Made by a program: the position numbers and the translations under genes
In this document: in pieces, positions 10,411-27,225 of the stretch
How positions within the stretch are numbered: the stretch's first letter is position 1
Layout: every line of letters begins with the position of its first letter
The notes under the pieces: generated by a model
What the model was told of the DNA's origin: nothing
Databases searched by the model: none
What the model saw: the letters and a program-made list of their open reading frames with translations, nothing else
NCBI GenBank assembly: GCA_037447605.1
Contig: CM074806.1
Coordinates: 3,224,001-3,288,000 of the forward strand
DNA length: 64,000 nt
Direction: 5' to 3'
From: Zygnema circumcarinatum SAG 698-1b
Taxonomy: Eukaryota; Plantae; Zygnematophyceae

Positions 10411-13080
10411 TTATGTTCCTGAATTTGATGTGCTCGGCGGCGGCGGAAGACCACAAAGCTTCTTCACTTCCGCGTACAGCTCGTCCACGTCAGCCCTAAT
10501 ACACACCTCAGCGACAAAAACTTGCGTTAGACCTACCGCAAGCGCAATGACAAGCACAGTCATAAAATCCCAATAATCCACCTACAAAAGAGTCGAAAGA
10601 GATTAGGAAAACCGGCAGAATGCTATTCTCAACCAACCCACCGAAAAAGCAGCGTTCCATTTTGTTGACAAACAGCCCTTGAAGCTAACCATAAAGAGAG
10701 GAAGGGGGACCCATACTTTGTATATGTTGTTCCCGCCCCAGGAAGATGCTTTTTTGCTTCAGCTCTGTCGAAGTAGAAAGCGCCACTTGTCAGTTTGCTA
10801 TTTGGCTGCATGGCCAACCACACCATAGTATCTGCACCTTCGTCGGGATGGCGAAGGCGTGATTTAAATCTGCACAGCAAGAACGTTGTTTGAACTCAAC
10901 CGAGGAAAAAATCGAAGAGAACAGGGCGTAGATTGAAACCTGAAGTTCAAGGCCATTCAAAACGTGCAGTCCTAAACTAAAAGAAGGCCGCAAGTTTTGG
11001 TTATTCGCACGTCTTATAGAATCCCGGCATCGCTTTTTCAAGGGTGAGGGTGTCCACCCATCCCGGATGCATTGTGTAAAATCCGATTCCTAGGTGCCCA
11101 TAAAGCTCTGTCCACTTCTCCGTTATTGCAACCTGTACCAAAAAACCCTCGAAACAGATCACTCAGCTGTGTGGGCGAGCATGTGAGAAACGAATTCCAC
11201 TGAAAAGGACAGCAAATGATTTCAGTTCTTTCCCAAAAAACCCAATTCAAGCACTTTGGCATGCACACCTCCAATCGCTTGTTGCGCGCGTAAGCGGTTG
11301 TGCCGTCGAAATTTTTCGTCTTCTCCATCTGCACATCATCGCACGTGTGAAGAGTGTCAACCAGTTTGACCCCAAACAATAAACCACGACCGAAAAAAAC
11401 AGTAGGAGGAGAAAAACCATCAAGCATTGAAATCGGAGAGGCCATTGCCATGAGAGTCGACCTGCATGTCGTGGTAGAGGGGCTCCGTCAGAATGCCACC
11501 TGTCGCCACGCAAATGGCTTTCGCATTCGGCCCCCCTCGCTGCAGAGCAGGGAGAAGGAGCTCTGTGAGAGAGACGATGCCGGCCACGTTGACGGCAAAG
11601 TTCATTTCTAACCCATCGGGAGAAGGGGTCCGCTCCTGAATCATCACTCCCGCATTGTTGATCTGTCCCTCCCTCCCTCCCTCCCTTAGCACCCTTTCGA
11701 GTCGTATTGTTGACTTCTTCCGTTTGAAGCATCTTCAGTAAAAGGAAGACTAAGACCACCAAAGTCCCTCCGTCCAGGTTTATAAGGACTGGTTTGCTGA
11801 GAGGAAGAAGTGAAACACATAGATAAAGAATGTTCTCACCAAAACATGGAGGGGTTTGCCTGATTCGTCGTACTTTTTCGCGTATTCGCGGATGTCCTTC
11901 AGCGAAGCCATGTCTACAACCTTAAAAACAGAAAACAATCCCACGAAGAGAAAAAAAACAAACGATTGTTTTTCAGCAATGGGTGGAATCCAGAATGAAA
12001 GGACAAGCTAAAAAGAGATTGAACAACAATGGACACTTATCGCCCGATATCTTCATCAGACCAATAACTCACCTCAAGATGAACGTTTTCATTTCCAGTG
12101 CTTGATTTGATCTCTTCGACCGCCGCCTCTCCCCTTTCTTTGCTCCGACACAAAGCGTACACAGTCGCACCCCTGAAAACGACAAAAAGGGGCATGAGTA
12201 CTTTTTTTTCTACGTATATTATTTACTCGAGCCACCATGTCTACATAATTCAAGGAGTCACTGCCCAGGTCATTCGTTTGTTTGTTTAAAGCGCAAAGTA
12301 AACTCATGCATTTCAGTTGGATTTTTCCTCTTCAGAAGCAACAGAAGACGTATGTGACGAATTATATATTTCAACGCTCCTCAGTTCGAGTTCTACTTTA
12401 AACTTGAGATTTTTTTCCTGCTTGATTGACTCGGTGATTCAAAGCCCTCACTTGGCCGCGAGAGCGGTTGCTGCGCTCTTTCCAAGACCTGCATTTGCGC
12501 CCGTCACGACTATGTTCGTGCCGGCTAAGTCACCTTCAACGTCCTTCGGATCAAAATCCTTCGCTCTTTTTCTGCAATTATTCGACTCGCACAACAGAAA
12601 TAGATTCGTGAACGAAACAGAATTGGGAACAAAGAGACTCAGAAGCAACTCAGCAGCCGCGAGGCGGGCGGGTTTTTTCTTTTTGAGTAAGAAGAGCTCA
12701 CGGAGGGTTCATTTCTTCCCTTGTTTAATCCCTTTTTACTGGGGCTAGTTCTGAGCGCTTACAGGTATGCAGGTCGAGCAAAGTTCTGGCTGCCGTAGAT
12801 TAAGAAAGCGGCTGTGCGATACGCTTGCTATAAAGAAACCGAAAAGAAGTAAAAGCAATATCAATAGTCCGTCGAATTCAAAATGCAAATCTTGAAAAAA
12901 AAAATAATTTAAAATGAAGAAGATGAACAAGATGTTGCCTTCCCTTCCCAGCACGTCGAACACAGTTGGATGCTTCTCTTTCTCAAGTTAACTCCAATTC
13001 CAGCCCTTCCTGGGAAAAAGTAAACTTGAGTAAAGGAACCCTAGTGCTTAAGATTTGAGACAGCCCGAATTCACCTGCAT
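10411..13080 (-). CDS. Short-chain dehydrogenase/reductase, DHRS12-like; multi-exon
   Basis: Minus-strand exons give VVTGANAGLGKSAA (Rossmann TGxxxGxG), GATVYALCRSKERGE, INNAGVM, NFAVN, FDGTTAYARNKR (YxxxK), MHPGWVDT and GADTMVWLA. GT-AG borders were seen. Stop at 10411-10413. The start, a 2-codon exon at 13075-13080, is less certain. Confidence 0.9.
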
Positions 13081-13525
13081 ATTGACGCAAGCTCCACCTC
13101 TCTCGGCCTCAAGAAGAACGAAAAGAACAAGCTTTAGAAATACAGTTTATTCAGTAATCCTTTTTAAAAAAATAAGTAAAATATGTCCCTCAAAAAAACT
13201 CCTGTTTTCCTTTCTCCCTCTGTGTAGGAGGGCGGTTTGAAGGCCAACGGCTGACGGCATGCCACGTGTCGAAGGAAGCTCAGAGGAAGCTGCCACGAAG
13301 GAGAAGGCAAGCTTCGCTTTCAAGTCACATGTCACGTCACGTCACGCCCGATTATATTATGCCGTACATTTTCCGTTCAGACGCCAACAGACTTTACGAG
13401 ATCAACTCCTCCTCTGTTCACACTTGATCGTCATTGTCTTTGGTTTTCTGCCCTGTTCACATTGAGAGTACAGTATTCTGTTCCGGCTGAACAGAATTGT
13501 TGGTGAAGGGCATGACGATCATAGT

Positions 13526-13667
13526 GGGGGGTCTCAGACTTAACAAAATTTGACGAAATGGGAAAGTTCCGAAAGTACACCTCTGCAGGGGGGGTCGCGA
13601 TGTCACCGGAGTATTCGTTCTGGTGTAAAACGTGCTGACGTTTTGTTAAGTCCGAGGTCCCATCCCT
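13526..13667. mobile_element. Harbinger-type MITE, second family member
   Basis: Ends GGGGGGTCTCAGACTTAACAAAA and TTTTGTTAAGTCCGAGGTCCC. The internal gcgatgtcacc..agta.tcgttctggt is shared with 5819-5953. A TIR-less inverted copy lies at ~19985-20085 and a degenerate left end at 27985. Confidence 0.75.
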
Positions 13668-14269
13668 AGCGATGGACCAACATCAAGCAATGGAAGTGAT
13701 GGGGTCCTTAGCGCCCAGTTCCTCGTGGTTCCCCATGCTGATATTGTCCATGCACATTTGATGGCCTCGCTATCGTGAGATCAATTCCCTTTCCCTTTTA
13801 CACAAGCATTGGAATTGTGGCATTGATCTCACGATGGAGCCAACCCTTCAGGGAGGTCCGCCAGTCGATGTCGCCGACAAAATCGAGAATCCCCTCCACC
13901 TGTTCCAGCTACTCGTCCGTACACGCCTCTACACATGGAGGGTGCCCAGACACGGAGGCCGTTTAACTGGACATTGAACTGGCCGCTATAGAACGTGCTT
14001 TGGGGGGCGTTCTGTGCAGCTCTGCCCTCCTTTCCTCCATCTCTCACCTCAATGTCTCCCGTTTCTGAGAAAGAAAGATGACATGTTTCGTTCCCCGAAT
14101 GTTCCCGCGGTAGAATGCGCGGTCGCACGTGCTCGCGAGCTGCCATGGCGGTGCGTGCCGCTTCTCTCTGGCAGAATGCGGTCCAGGACGAATCTTCCAA
14201 GAAGCTTCGCGTCCTGCCCCAACTTTCAAGAATGTACCAGTAGACGAAAGATTTGGGGGAATGGGAAGC

Positions 14270-15233
14270 TCAGTCGGCCATGGTTGCCGGGAAGGGAGAG
14301 GGGGAGGATCGCGAGCGGAGGAGACGCGGTAGGCGGGGAAGAGGCAGCTGGCGGCTCGGGAGTGGGGGATGGAGATTTCGCTGAAGGGGTATGCATAGCG
14401 ATATTTATACAATTTTATTTTAGTTTATTTGTTTATGTTTCGTGCAGAATTCCATAGCAAAAGAAAGGGGAAGAAGTTGCGAAAGGAAACGAAAGACACT
14501 TCAATTGGCCTACTTTTCCTGTTGCTTCAGGAGGGCCGTTGGCTTCAAGGGTCTTTTGCGGAGTCTTTGCGGAGTGAAGGTCACAGCGATGACCTTTGCG
14601 ACGATGTGAGCGAAGCCGCCGCAGAGGTGTGTAAAATGTGGCAAAGCGCACCCTGACTCCGTTGTGGTTTGTCCTCAATATTCTTCATTCGATGGATTGT
14701 TTCTAGACTGGCTTAATCTAATATATTTCAATCCAAGCTTCTTGGGGTTTATAGTGTACATTAGGTGCACTCTGATAGACTGATTTGAAAATCGTCTGGT
14801 GGATGATTTCATGTTTTCTTGGTGATGGATAGAACGAGCATGTTGTTGCATGATGACAGTTTCCTAAATGGCCTTTTGTGTTCCTCGTATGCAGGCTTTG
14901 GTGGCTTTCCTCTCGAGCAAATCCTCAACGTTTGACCCTCTCGTGTTGATGGACGCCCTGGAAGAGGGCATCGAGAGACGAGGCGTGAGGGGAAACTTTT
15001 TGCCTTTCGAAGTGGGGGAGAAGGCAGGGCGTTTGCTGTGTGAACGGTGGGGAGGCGAGCGCAGGCCCTCACATTTCACCCCGGTCCTGCTGGAAAACAC
15101 ATTAGATGTGGTTGACCTAAAGTCCATGCCCACTCAACCGCGGAGGAATATTGGAGGAGCGGACGGCGGCGACTTCCAACTGATCGATGCTGATGCGTTG
15201 GTTCCTTCTCAAGAGCCTCCATCTTCTGCTTAA
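14270..15233 (+). CDS. Possible small hypothetical multi-exon gene
   Basis: Candidate exons ending at ggg|gtatgc (~14390), ttcag|GAGGGC...GCAGAG|gtgtg (~14530-14626) and atgcag|GCTTTG to the stop at 15233 stay in frame. No recognisable domain, and the start is unknown. Confidence 0.35.
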
Positions 15234-16659
15234 TTTTTTTTTGTTTACAGCTGTCCTTGTTGCGTTGCTTCAAACGACCCCTTGTCATGAATTAGTGTTG
15301 ATGTCCATGTGGGAAATGGGGCTGAGCTGTCGAGTAGGGGAAAATGTTGACAGAGGCCTGCGAGCTTTCTAGTTGTGTTGTCTCGAAGAAACATTCATAA
15401 AAAAAGTTCAAAAAAAGTGACATTGCAAGATTTGGCGGATCCAAGATTTTCGCTGAGGGGAGGCCCCTCTTTCAAATGAAATAAATTTGAATTTCAAAAT
15501 CTCAGGGGGGCCTAAGCCCCGCAACTCGTATATGTAGGTCCGCCAATGATTGCAAGATAACCGGAAAGCAGCCTCAACGATTGTTTGGCCGAACTCGAGG
15601 ATAGATCACTGAAGTTTTGATGGCAGCCATTGATCGTCAACTTTGTCGCATGAGATTGGTCGTTGCCATTAAAACGTGCCCGGTATGGAATGCCCATCTA
15701 TTTCATAAGGGGTGGCAGGTCGGTGAAACGAACACATGGAACTAACAAAGTCACGTACAGTTCTCCACCTGCTCCAAGTCAACGTTGCCAACCTGTTTGT
15801 GTTCTATGCCTTGAGCTTGAATATACATTCTCGCGGGGCAATAGTCCAGCACTGAGAAAAGCCACTGGCGTACATATCCTGAGCTTAATAAGTAATCAAA
15901 GACTCAAAATGAATGAGAATCAATAAGCTCCTAGCTTTTTTCTTTTGTCCTTAGGTCCTTCGTGACCAGTTTCTCGTGGTTCCCCGTGATGATTTTGTCC
16001 ATGTACATTTTGAATGCATCGCCATCATGAGACCAATGCCACATCCCCCCCGAACCCCAATTTCTCGTTCTGCGGTATGCTCGGACGACTTCCCTTCGCA
16101 GGCGAAGCCTTTGTTCGCGCCCGCAGCGGAACAAACGGTGGGATGGAGGGCGCGTATCGCCATTCGGTACCCCAAACCGATACCGAAATCAGGATATTAA
16201 CGACCCAATACGATATTAGTTAGACTCACATATATCAGATACGCACTCTGCCTTCACTCTGCCCGTTCAACTACCCGTGTCACGCTACATGGAAATTGTA
16301 GTTCCACTGACGTCAGTGACGGTGCACTACGCGCTAGCGACGAATTCAGCTGACGGGAGGCCGTACGCCACTCCCTGCTTGGATCCCGTCATCAAAATTT
16401 TCCATCTGCAATCAAGGGTAGTGATATTTCCACCCCTTTTTTGGATCCAAACACCCCTTCCCGGCCGGGCAGATTTCAAAAGGGATTAAAAACGGAAAAT
16501 GCTTTTTTCACACCTTTTTGGAATCGATACCCACCTTCTTCCGTCGGCTGATTTTATTTTTGCTAACCAAGGAAAATGATACCCCGTCACCGCATTTTGA
16601 ATACTGTATCCCGCCTCCCTGAATTTTTGCGTTGCCGTAGGCAAAAGCTTTGCGGTCGT

Positions 16660-17460
16660 TTTGATCCGTACGACGGGTTCGATTATGTTGTCAAAGATTA
16701 ATTTAATGAAAAGGGGGTATAGTTGCCGCGAGTCTGACTTTGCCACGTTGCGCGTCCTTACTGGTTGTGCTTTTCGTTGGATCGAATGCGCCGAAAATGG
16801 GGTAGATCGCGTACTTATTCTGTCATTGCCACGTGTCACTTTGTACGTACGACGGCGTGTTTTATGTGGCGTACGGATTCGGTTAGGTTGTGAACGATGA
16901 ATTTAATGAAATTGGGGTATAATTTCCGCGAGTCTGACGTTGCCACGTCGCGCGTCCTGATTGGTTGTGCGTTTCGTTGGATCGAATGCGCAGAAAATGG
17001 GGTATATTGCGTTCCCATTCTGTCATTGCCACGTGTCGATACTTCGTGCGACGGCGTTCGATTTTGATGTTTTATGTGGTGTACGGATTCGGTTAGGTTG
17101 TGAATGATGAATTTAATGAAAATGGGGTATAGTTTCCGCGAGTCTGACGTTGCCACGTCGCGCGTCCTGATTGGTTGTGCGTTTCGTTGGATCGAATGCG
17201 CAGAAAATGGGGTATATTGCGTTCCCATTCTGTCATTGCCACGTGTCGATACTTCGTGCGACGGCGTTCGATTTTGATGTTTTATGTGGTGTACGGATTC
17301 GGTTAGGTTGTGAATGATGAATTTAATGAAAATGGGGTATAGTTTCCGCGAGTCTGACGTTGCCACGTCGCGCGTCATGATTGGTTGTGTGTTTCGTCGG
17401 ATTTAATGCGTAGAAAATGTGGTATATCTCGTACCGATTCTGTGATTGCCACGTGTCGTT
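16660..17460. repeat. Tandem array of ~200-210 bp units (about 4 copies); further units at ~20650-20950
   Basis: The motif ag/aatt.ccgcgagtctgac recurs at 16721, 16921, 17131 and 17341. The same motif, in the same orientation, occurs at ~20670 and 20851. Confidence 0.9.
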
Positions 17461-17794
17461 TTCTATGTACGACAGTTTGTGGTTATGATGTTTTACGGGA
17501 CGTATTGTTTAAAGTGGCCACGTGGTGCATTCCTATTGGTTAGCACGAACGGAATTAGTTATACTTCTTATCCAGTCAGAAATTGCCACGTTGGTTCTGT
17601 AGTGTGTTTTTGGATGTTTGTTATCCAATCAGGTGTGGCCACGTAGCCCTAAAATGGGAAAAAAACCAAAAAAAAACCACACACAAACTGCTACGACAGA
17701 ATGTGGCCACATTCTGTTTTCGCAGTTTGTGTGTGGTTTTAAAAAAAAAACAATCTAAATATTACAACATTTGGCCTTATGTTGTAATATTGAG

Positions 17795-17978
17795 AGAGTT
17801 TTTTTTTTTTTTTTGTTTGTGAAAGTTGTTGTTGTTGTTGTTGTTGTTGTTTTTTTTGTTGTGTTTTTGTTGTTTGTTTTTGTTGTTTGTGGTTGTTGTG
17901 TGTGTTGTTTTTTTTTTTGTGAAAGTCACACACGAAAATACACAATCACAAACACTCACACACACACACACACACACT

Positions 17979-18050
<72 letters not shown>
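17795..18050. repeat. (T)n/(TTG)n and (CA)n microsatellites
   Basis: Directly visible. Confidence 0.95.
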
Positions 18051-18051
<1 letters not shown>

Positions 18052-18332
18052 GTACGAACCTTTTTTCATCACGATCTTATGTTTCCGAAATTTTTTCGAT
18101 TTTTTCGAACATCGTCATCTCCAGGACCGGGTCCTTCCGAAATCTGTCCATGGTTATTTGCTATACAATACATGAGTGTGAGCGTAAGTACGAACCTTTT
18201 TTCATCACGATCTTATGTTTCCGAAATTTTTTCGATTTTTTCGAACATCGCCATCTCCAGGACCGGGTCCTTCCGAAATCTGTCCATGGTTATTTGCTAT
18301 ACAACACATAAGTGAAGCGTAAGTACGAACGT
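18050..18332. repeat. 136-bp tandem duplication (2 copies plus a partial third)
   Basis: agtacgaac at 18051, 18187 and 18322, with near-identical sequence between the first two. Confidence 0.9.
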
Positions 18333-18473
18333 TATGTACATCATGATGTCATTTTTATCATGTTTATTTTTATTTTTTTTTTGGTTATTTCGAAAACTTC
18401 CAAATGTCCAAATTTTCACATGTCCAGGATTTCAAAATGTCCAGCGATTTCTCTTTTAAGATTTCTCTTTTAA

Positions 18474-18765
18474 GTCCAAAGGACTGTATCTTTAAAGTCC
18501 AGAGGACTGTATCTTTAAAGTCCAGAGGACTGTATCTTTTAAGTCCAGAGGACTGTATCTTTTAAGTCCAGAGGACTGTATTCTTTTAAGTCCAGAGGAC
18601 TGTATTCTTTTAAGTCCAGAGGACTGACTGACTATGGACGGACAACCTAACTGACTGACTGACTGGCCGACTGACTGACAGACACTGACTGACTTCTAAT
18701 TGACAGACTGACAGACGGACTCACAGACTGGCCGACAGACTGACTGACTGACTGACTGACTTGTT
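18474..18765. repeat. ~23-24 bp minisatellite (aagtccagaggactgtatctttt) running into (GACT)n
   Basis: About six units from 18474 to 18625, followed by degenerate GACT/GACA repeats to ~18765. Confidence 0.9.
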
Positions 18766-21149
18766 AGTTAGTAGCCTCCCTCAACACCCTCCTTCCTCCT
18801 CCTCCTTCCTCAACACCCTCTCCTTTTTCTTCCTTCACTCTTCCACCATTCTCCCTTTCACCACACTCCATGTTCCTTCTCCCTCCTTCCTCCTTCCTCC
18901 TCCTCCTCCACCAATCATTATTTTTCGGTTTTTCGCATTTCTCTGGTAGGAAGAAATGCAGCAAGAGCTGCAGCAGCAGAAAGGCAGAGAATTCGCAGCG
19001 ACATAAGTGTTGGTTACACTGCCTTCCCTCACTCACACATGCCAACCCCCTCCCTCCTTCAACACCAAATTCAACGCAAAAACCTCCCCTTCGCCCTCAA
19101 CCTCACCTCTCCGAGGACGTGGACGCAAAGAAAACCTCAGCACCCGTCACTCGTCCCTCTTCCTCCTCCTCCCCCTCCCCCTCCTCCTCCGTTGCCGCTC
19201 CCCTCTCCCGTTCCATGGCGCTGCCCCCTCCCCCTTCAAAGGCCTCCTCCCTTCCAAGTGGGCGCCATCCAAAGGGCCCTCCTCATCCTTTCACCACACT
19301 CCATGTTCCTTCTCCCTCCTTCCTCCTTCCTCCTCCTCCTCCACCAATCACTATTTTTCGGTTTTTTCGCATTTCTCTGGTAGGAAGAAATGCAGCAAGA
19401 GCTGCAGCAGCAGAAAGGCAAAGAATTCGCAGCGACATAAGTGTTGGTTACGGTAGAATTCGGAACAATAGGGCAGCAAGCACCACCAACAACTCTTCAG
19501 CTAAACAGGCGAGTGTAGGAAAATGGATGTCGGGAGGACGTGAAGAACAGGGGAAGATGATATTGCGGTTGTTCCGTAAACGTTTCGTCATCGAAACGTC
19601 GTCGACGTCACCGTACAGGCACGAAACCGCTCTATTTGGCTCTATTTCGGCTCTCTTTTTTTTACGTTTTTCGTAATCGCGGGATTGTGATTGTCGGTTG
19701 ACAATGCCCGAAACGGCACGCGTGGCGCGCGGCTCCACGCGGCGTCACGACTACGCGGTGTCTCGCAGCGAGGGATGGCTGACGTCATCATTAATCAATA
19801 GAGGCTGATCGGACGGTGCAAAATTCGCGACGCACGCGTGCGACACCGGCGACGTCGTTCATGCGACACGCGCATACGACGCGCAGATGCGACGCGCGGC
19901 CGATCGGTTGGCCTGTTGACTTTCGTAACTTTCCTTTTCCGTCAATTTTTGTTCTGTTTGATACCACCCAAACGAAACGTAACAAACGTCAGTATGTTTG
20001 ACACTAGAACGAGTACTCCGGTGACATCGCGACCCTGCTATAGAGGAGTACTTTCGTAACTTTCCTTTTCCGTCAATTTTTGTTCACGCAAATCGCGGGA
20101 TTGTGATTATGAGTTGACAATGCCGGAAACGGCATGTTCGTACCGGTGTGTGTTGGTAAAGTGGATGGAAGTCAACGGTGGTGCCCAAGCGGCGGAAAGA
20201 AGCGTCAGTGGAGTCGCCTCCGAATGTCGGCTACGAATCAAGTGGTGCCATGTGGACCACTCATGCGTGGATCCGCGAATCTGAACGGACGGTTGTACGG
20301 ACAGCAGCCGGAAATGGCGAAAGAGACCTGACGGTCAAAGGATTTACAACGAGAGGGCAATCGGTAGGTCGACGTCACCGTACCGGCACGAAACGGCTCT
20401 ATTCGGACAATCGTCTTTTGGACGAGGATGTGGCCCTTTTTTGTACGGTTTTCGTAATCGGGGGATTGTAATTGTCGGTTGACAATGCCCGAAACGGCAT
20501 GTTGGTATCGGGGTGGGTTGGTAAACCGTAACAGCTTGTTTTGTCAAACACGGGACACGCAAGATTTGGAATGGGTCGGTTGACAACGCCCGAAACGGTT
20601 ATGGTGTTGGTCAAATTAATCACAGCTCCAACATACCAGGCTAAAAAAAGAATTTGATGAAAATGGGGTATAGTTGCCACGACTCTGACGTTGCAACGTC
20701 GCGCGTCCGGATTTGTTGTGCTTTTCGTTGGATCGAATGCGCAGAAAATGGGGTATATCGCGTAACCATTTAGTCATTGCCAAGTGTCGTTTTCTANNNN
20801 NNNNNNATTCGATTAGGTTGTCAAAGATGAATTTAAAGAAAATGGGGTATAGTTGCCGCAAGTCTGACGTTGCCACGTCGCGCGTCCTGATCGGTTGTAC
20901 GTTTCACTGAATTGAATGCGCAGAAAATGGGGTATATCGCGTACCCATTCAGCTTATGTGTTCGATCAGTTTCCGTTTCAGTTCACTTCACATAATTAAG
21001 GTTCGAAGACATTTCTATAAAAAGGCAACGCACGAGGATCTTGATCCGCAGCCTGTTATTTTTTTGAGGGAACGAAATATCTGCCTGCCCGAATCTGCTC
21101 GGAGCGGAAGATCCGTCCGCCACGAGATCGTTCGCGGGTGTCCGTCCTT

Positions 21150-21558
21150 CACACGTGCGTGTCAATCGCATCTGCCGATTTCCCTCGCAGATCGCACCAC
21201 TGCAGATCAAACGTTCGATCTGTAGCCGGGCTCGATCTCAGCGAATGGAAAGCGCCCACGAGTCCCGCCAAAGCCGGATCGCAAGTGCGAGTGCGCGCGT
21301 CCCTCGGCCCGAGATCTCGTGCATTGTCAGCTCTCAGCCAATCAACATCTGCCACGAGTTAAATATTTCAATGTACCAAATATTGGGTTCCTCAAAGTTG
21401 CGACCGTACGACATTTGTACGGACAAATTTTTGAGACGAGTTTGGCGGGATACGTGGGCACGTGCCATTCGCTGTGACCGAGCCCGGCTGCAGAGCAAAT
21501 AGTGATCTGCCGTGTTGCGATCTGCAAGGGAATCGACGGCTGCGATTGACCGCAAGCG
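21150..21558. mobile_element. ~400-bp foldback/MITE-like element nested in the long-TIR element
   Basis: 21150-21262 is an imperfect inverse complement of 21452-21558 (gcagatcgca..c..cagatc...tg.agccgggctcg.tc.cagcgaatgg). Confidence 0.55.
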
Positions 21559-22335
21559 TGAAAAAAAATTCAGGTAGGCGGGATATTCAAAATGGGGTGA
21601 CGGGTTATTTCCTTGTTTCGCAAAAATAAAACCTGCTGATGGAGGGTGGGTATCGATTCCAAAAAGGTGTGAAAAAAGCATTTTCCGTTTTTAATCCTTT
21701 TTGAAATCTGCCCGGCCGGGAAGGGGTGTTTCGATCCAAAAAAGGGGTGGAAATATCACTACCCGCAATCAATCGACCAATCATGCGGCCAATGTCAATT
21801 CCAAACTTTTCGTTCGATGCCGTCCCAACGGCGCCATCGTGCAGCCACAAACGACAAACAACATTTACATCTTTAAATACGGTACGTCCAAACGAAATAA
21901 CTACACCGGACGAACGCTGAGTGGTTGCCAATTTGCCATTCGACAGAACGTCGGTTGACCGGCACCGCTAGCCGACACGGACGGATTAATTTAAACAAAA
22001 GATTTTTTTTTTTTTTTTATCCCGGCACCGCACCAATGGCAGAACAGTGACCGGATCTGCAAGAGACCTGCAACCTCTCATAAGCTGCCAAGTGCCACAA
22101 TATCACGTCAGCATCCAAACTAGTATTTTTTATAATTTTTTTTTTCTCCTGGAGTTGACCGACAGGGGGCGGCCCGGCCCGCGATTGGACTGACCGTTGA
22201 CAGTTGACCAGAACCCGCAAACAACCTGCTGACGTGACATAGTCTGTCGCTCCGTACGCCACCGTCCAGATGTCTCGCCCGTCGTGTCCCGCCGTACATT
22301 ACAACCGTACAATGCCTTTCATCCACTCTCCGCAA

Positions 22336-22345
22336 GCCACGTGGC
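22336..22345. promoter_or_regulatory. Palindromic G-box GCCACGTGGC upstream of GH9 copy 1 (also 52837-52846 upstream of copy 3)
   Basis: The motif is conserved ~295 bp upstream of the ATG in both A-type copies. All four copies also share a CATAAAGGGGG TATA-like element upstream of the ATG. Function is inferred. Confidence 0.4.
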
Positions 22346-22605
22346 AAAGCCACACGGCGCGGGCCAATGGGACAAACAGCCCCGAATCTCGGCGGATCCC
22401 CCTCCCCTCCCCTCCCCGTCCCTCCGCGCGGCGGCAGAGCGGCGGGCGGCGGCCGCCGCTCTGCCGCCGCGCTCGACCGCGGCCCCGCTCGCCCGGCCGC
22501 GAACATAAAGGGGGGAGGGCACAAGCACATTAGACATCGATCGCCTCGCCGCCTGCAGCATAGGAGGAGAAGGAGGAGGAGAAGGAGGAGTAGAAGGAGG
22601 AGTAG

Positions 22606-27225
<4,620 letters not shown>

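Larger units (their letters stand above)
16416..21764. mobile_element. 5.35-kb non-autonomous long-TIR DNA transposon (MULE/Foldback-like)
   Basis: ~200-215 bp imperfect TIRs (16416-~16630 and ~21562-21764), beginning GGGTAGTGATATTTCC and ending GGAAATATCACTACCC. 8-bp TSD GCAATCAA at 16408-16415 and 21765-21772. No transposase ORF. There is one N gap inside (20797-20806). Confidence 0.85.

Noticed and set aside
16660-17460. Regular repeats that might suggest CRISPR, and a 180-aa repetitive ORF
   Set aside because: The whole 210-bp unit repeats with no unique spacers, there are no cas genes, and the context is eukaryotic.
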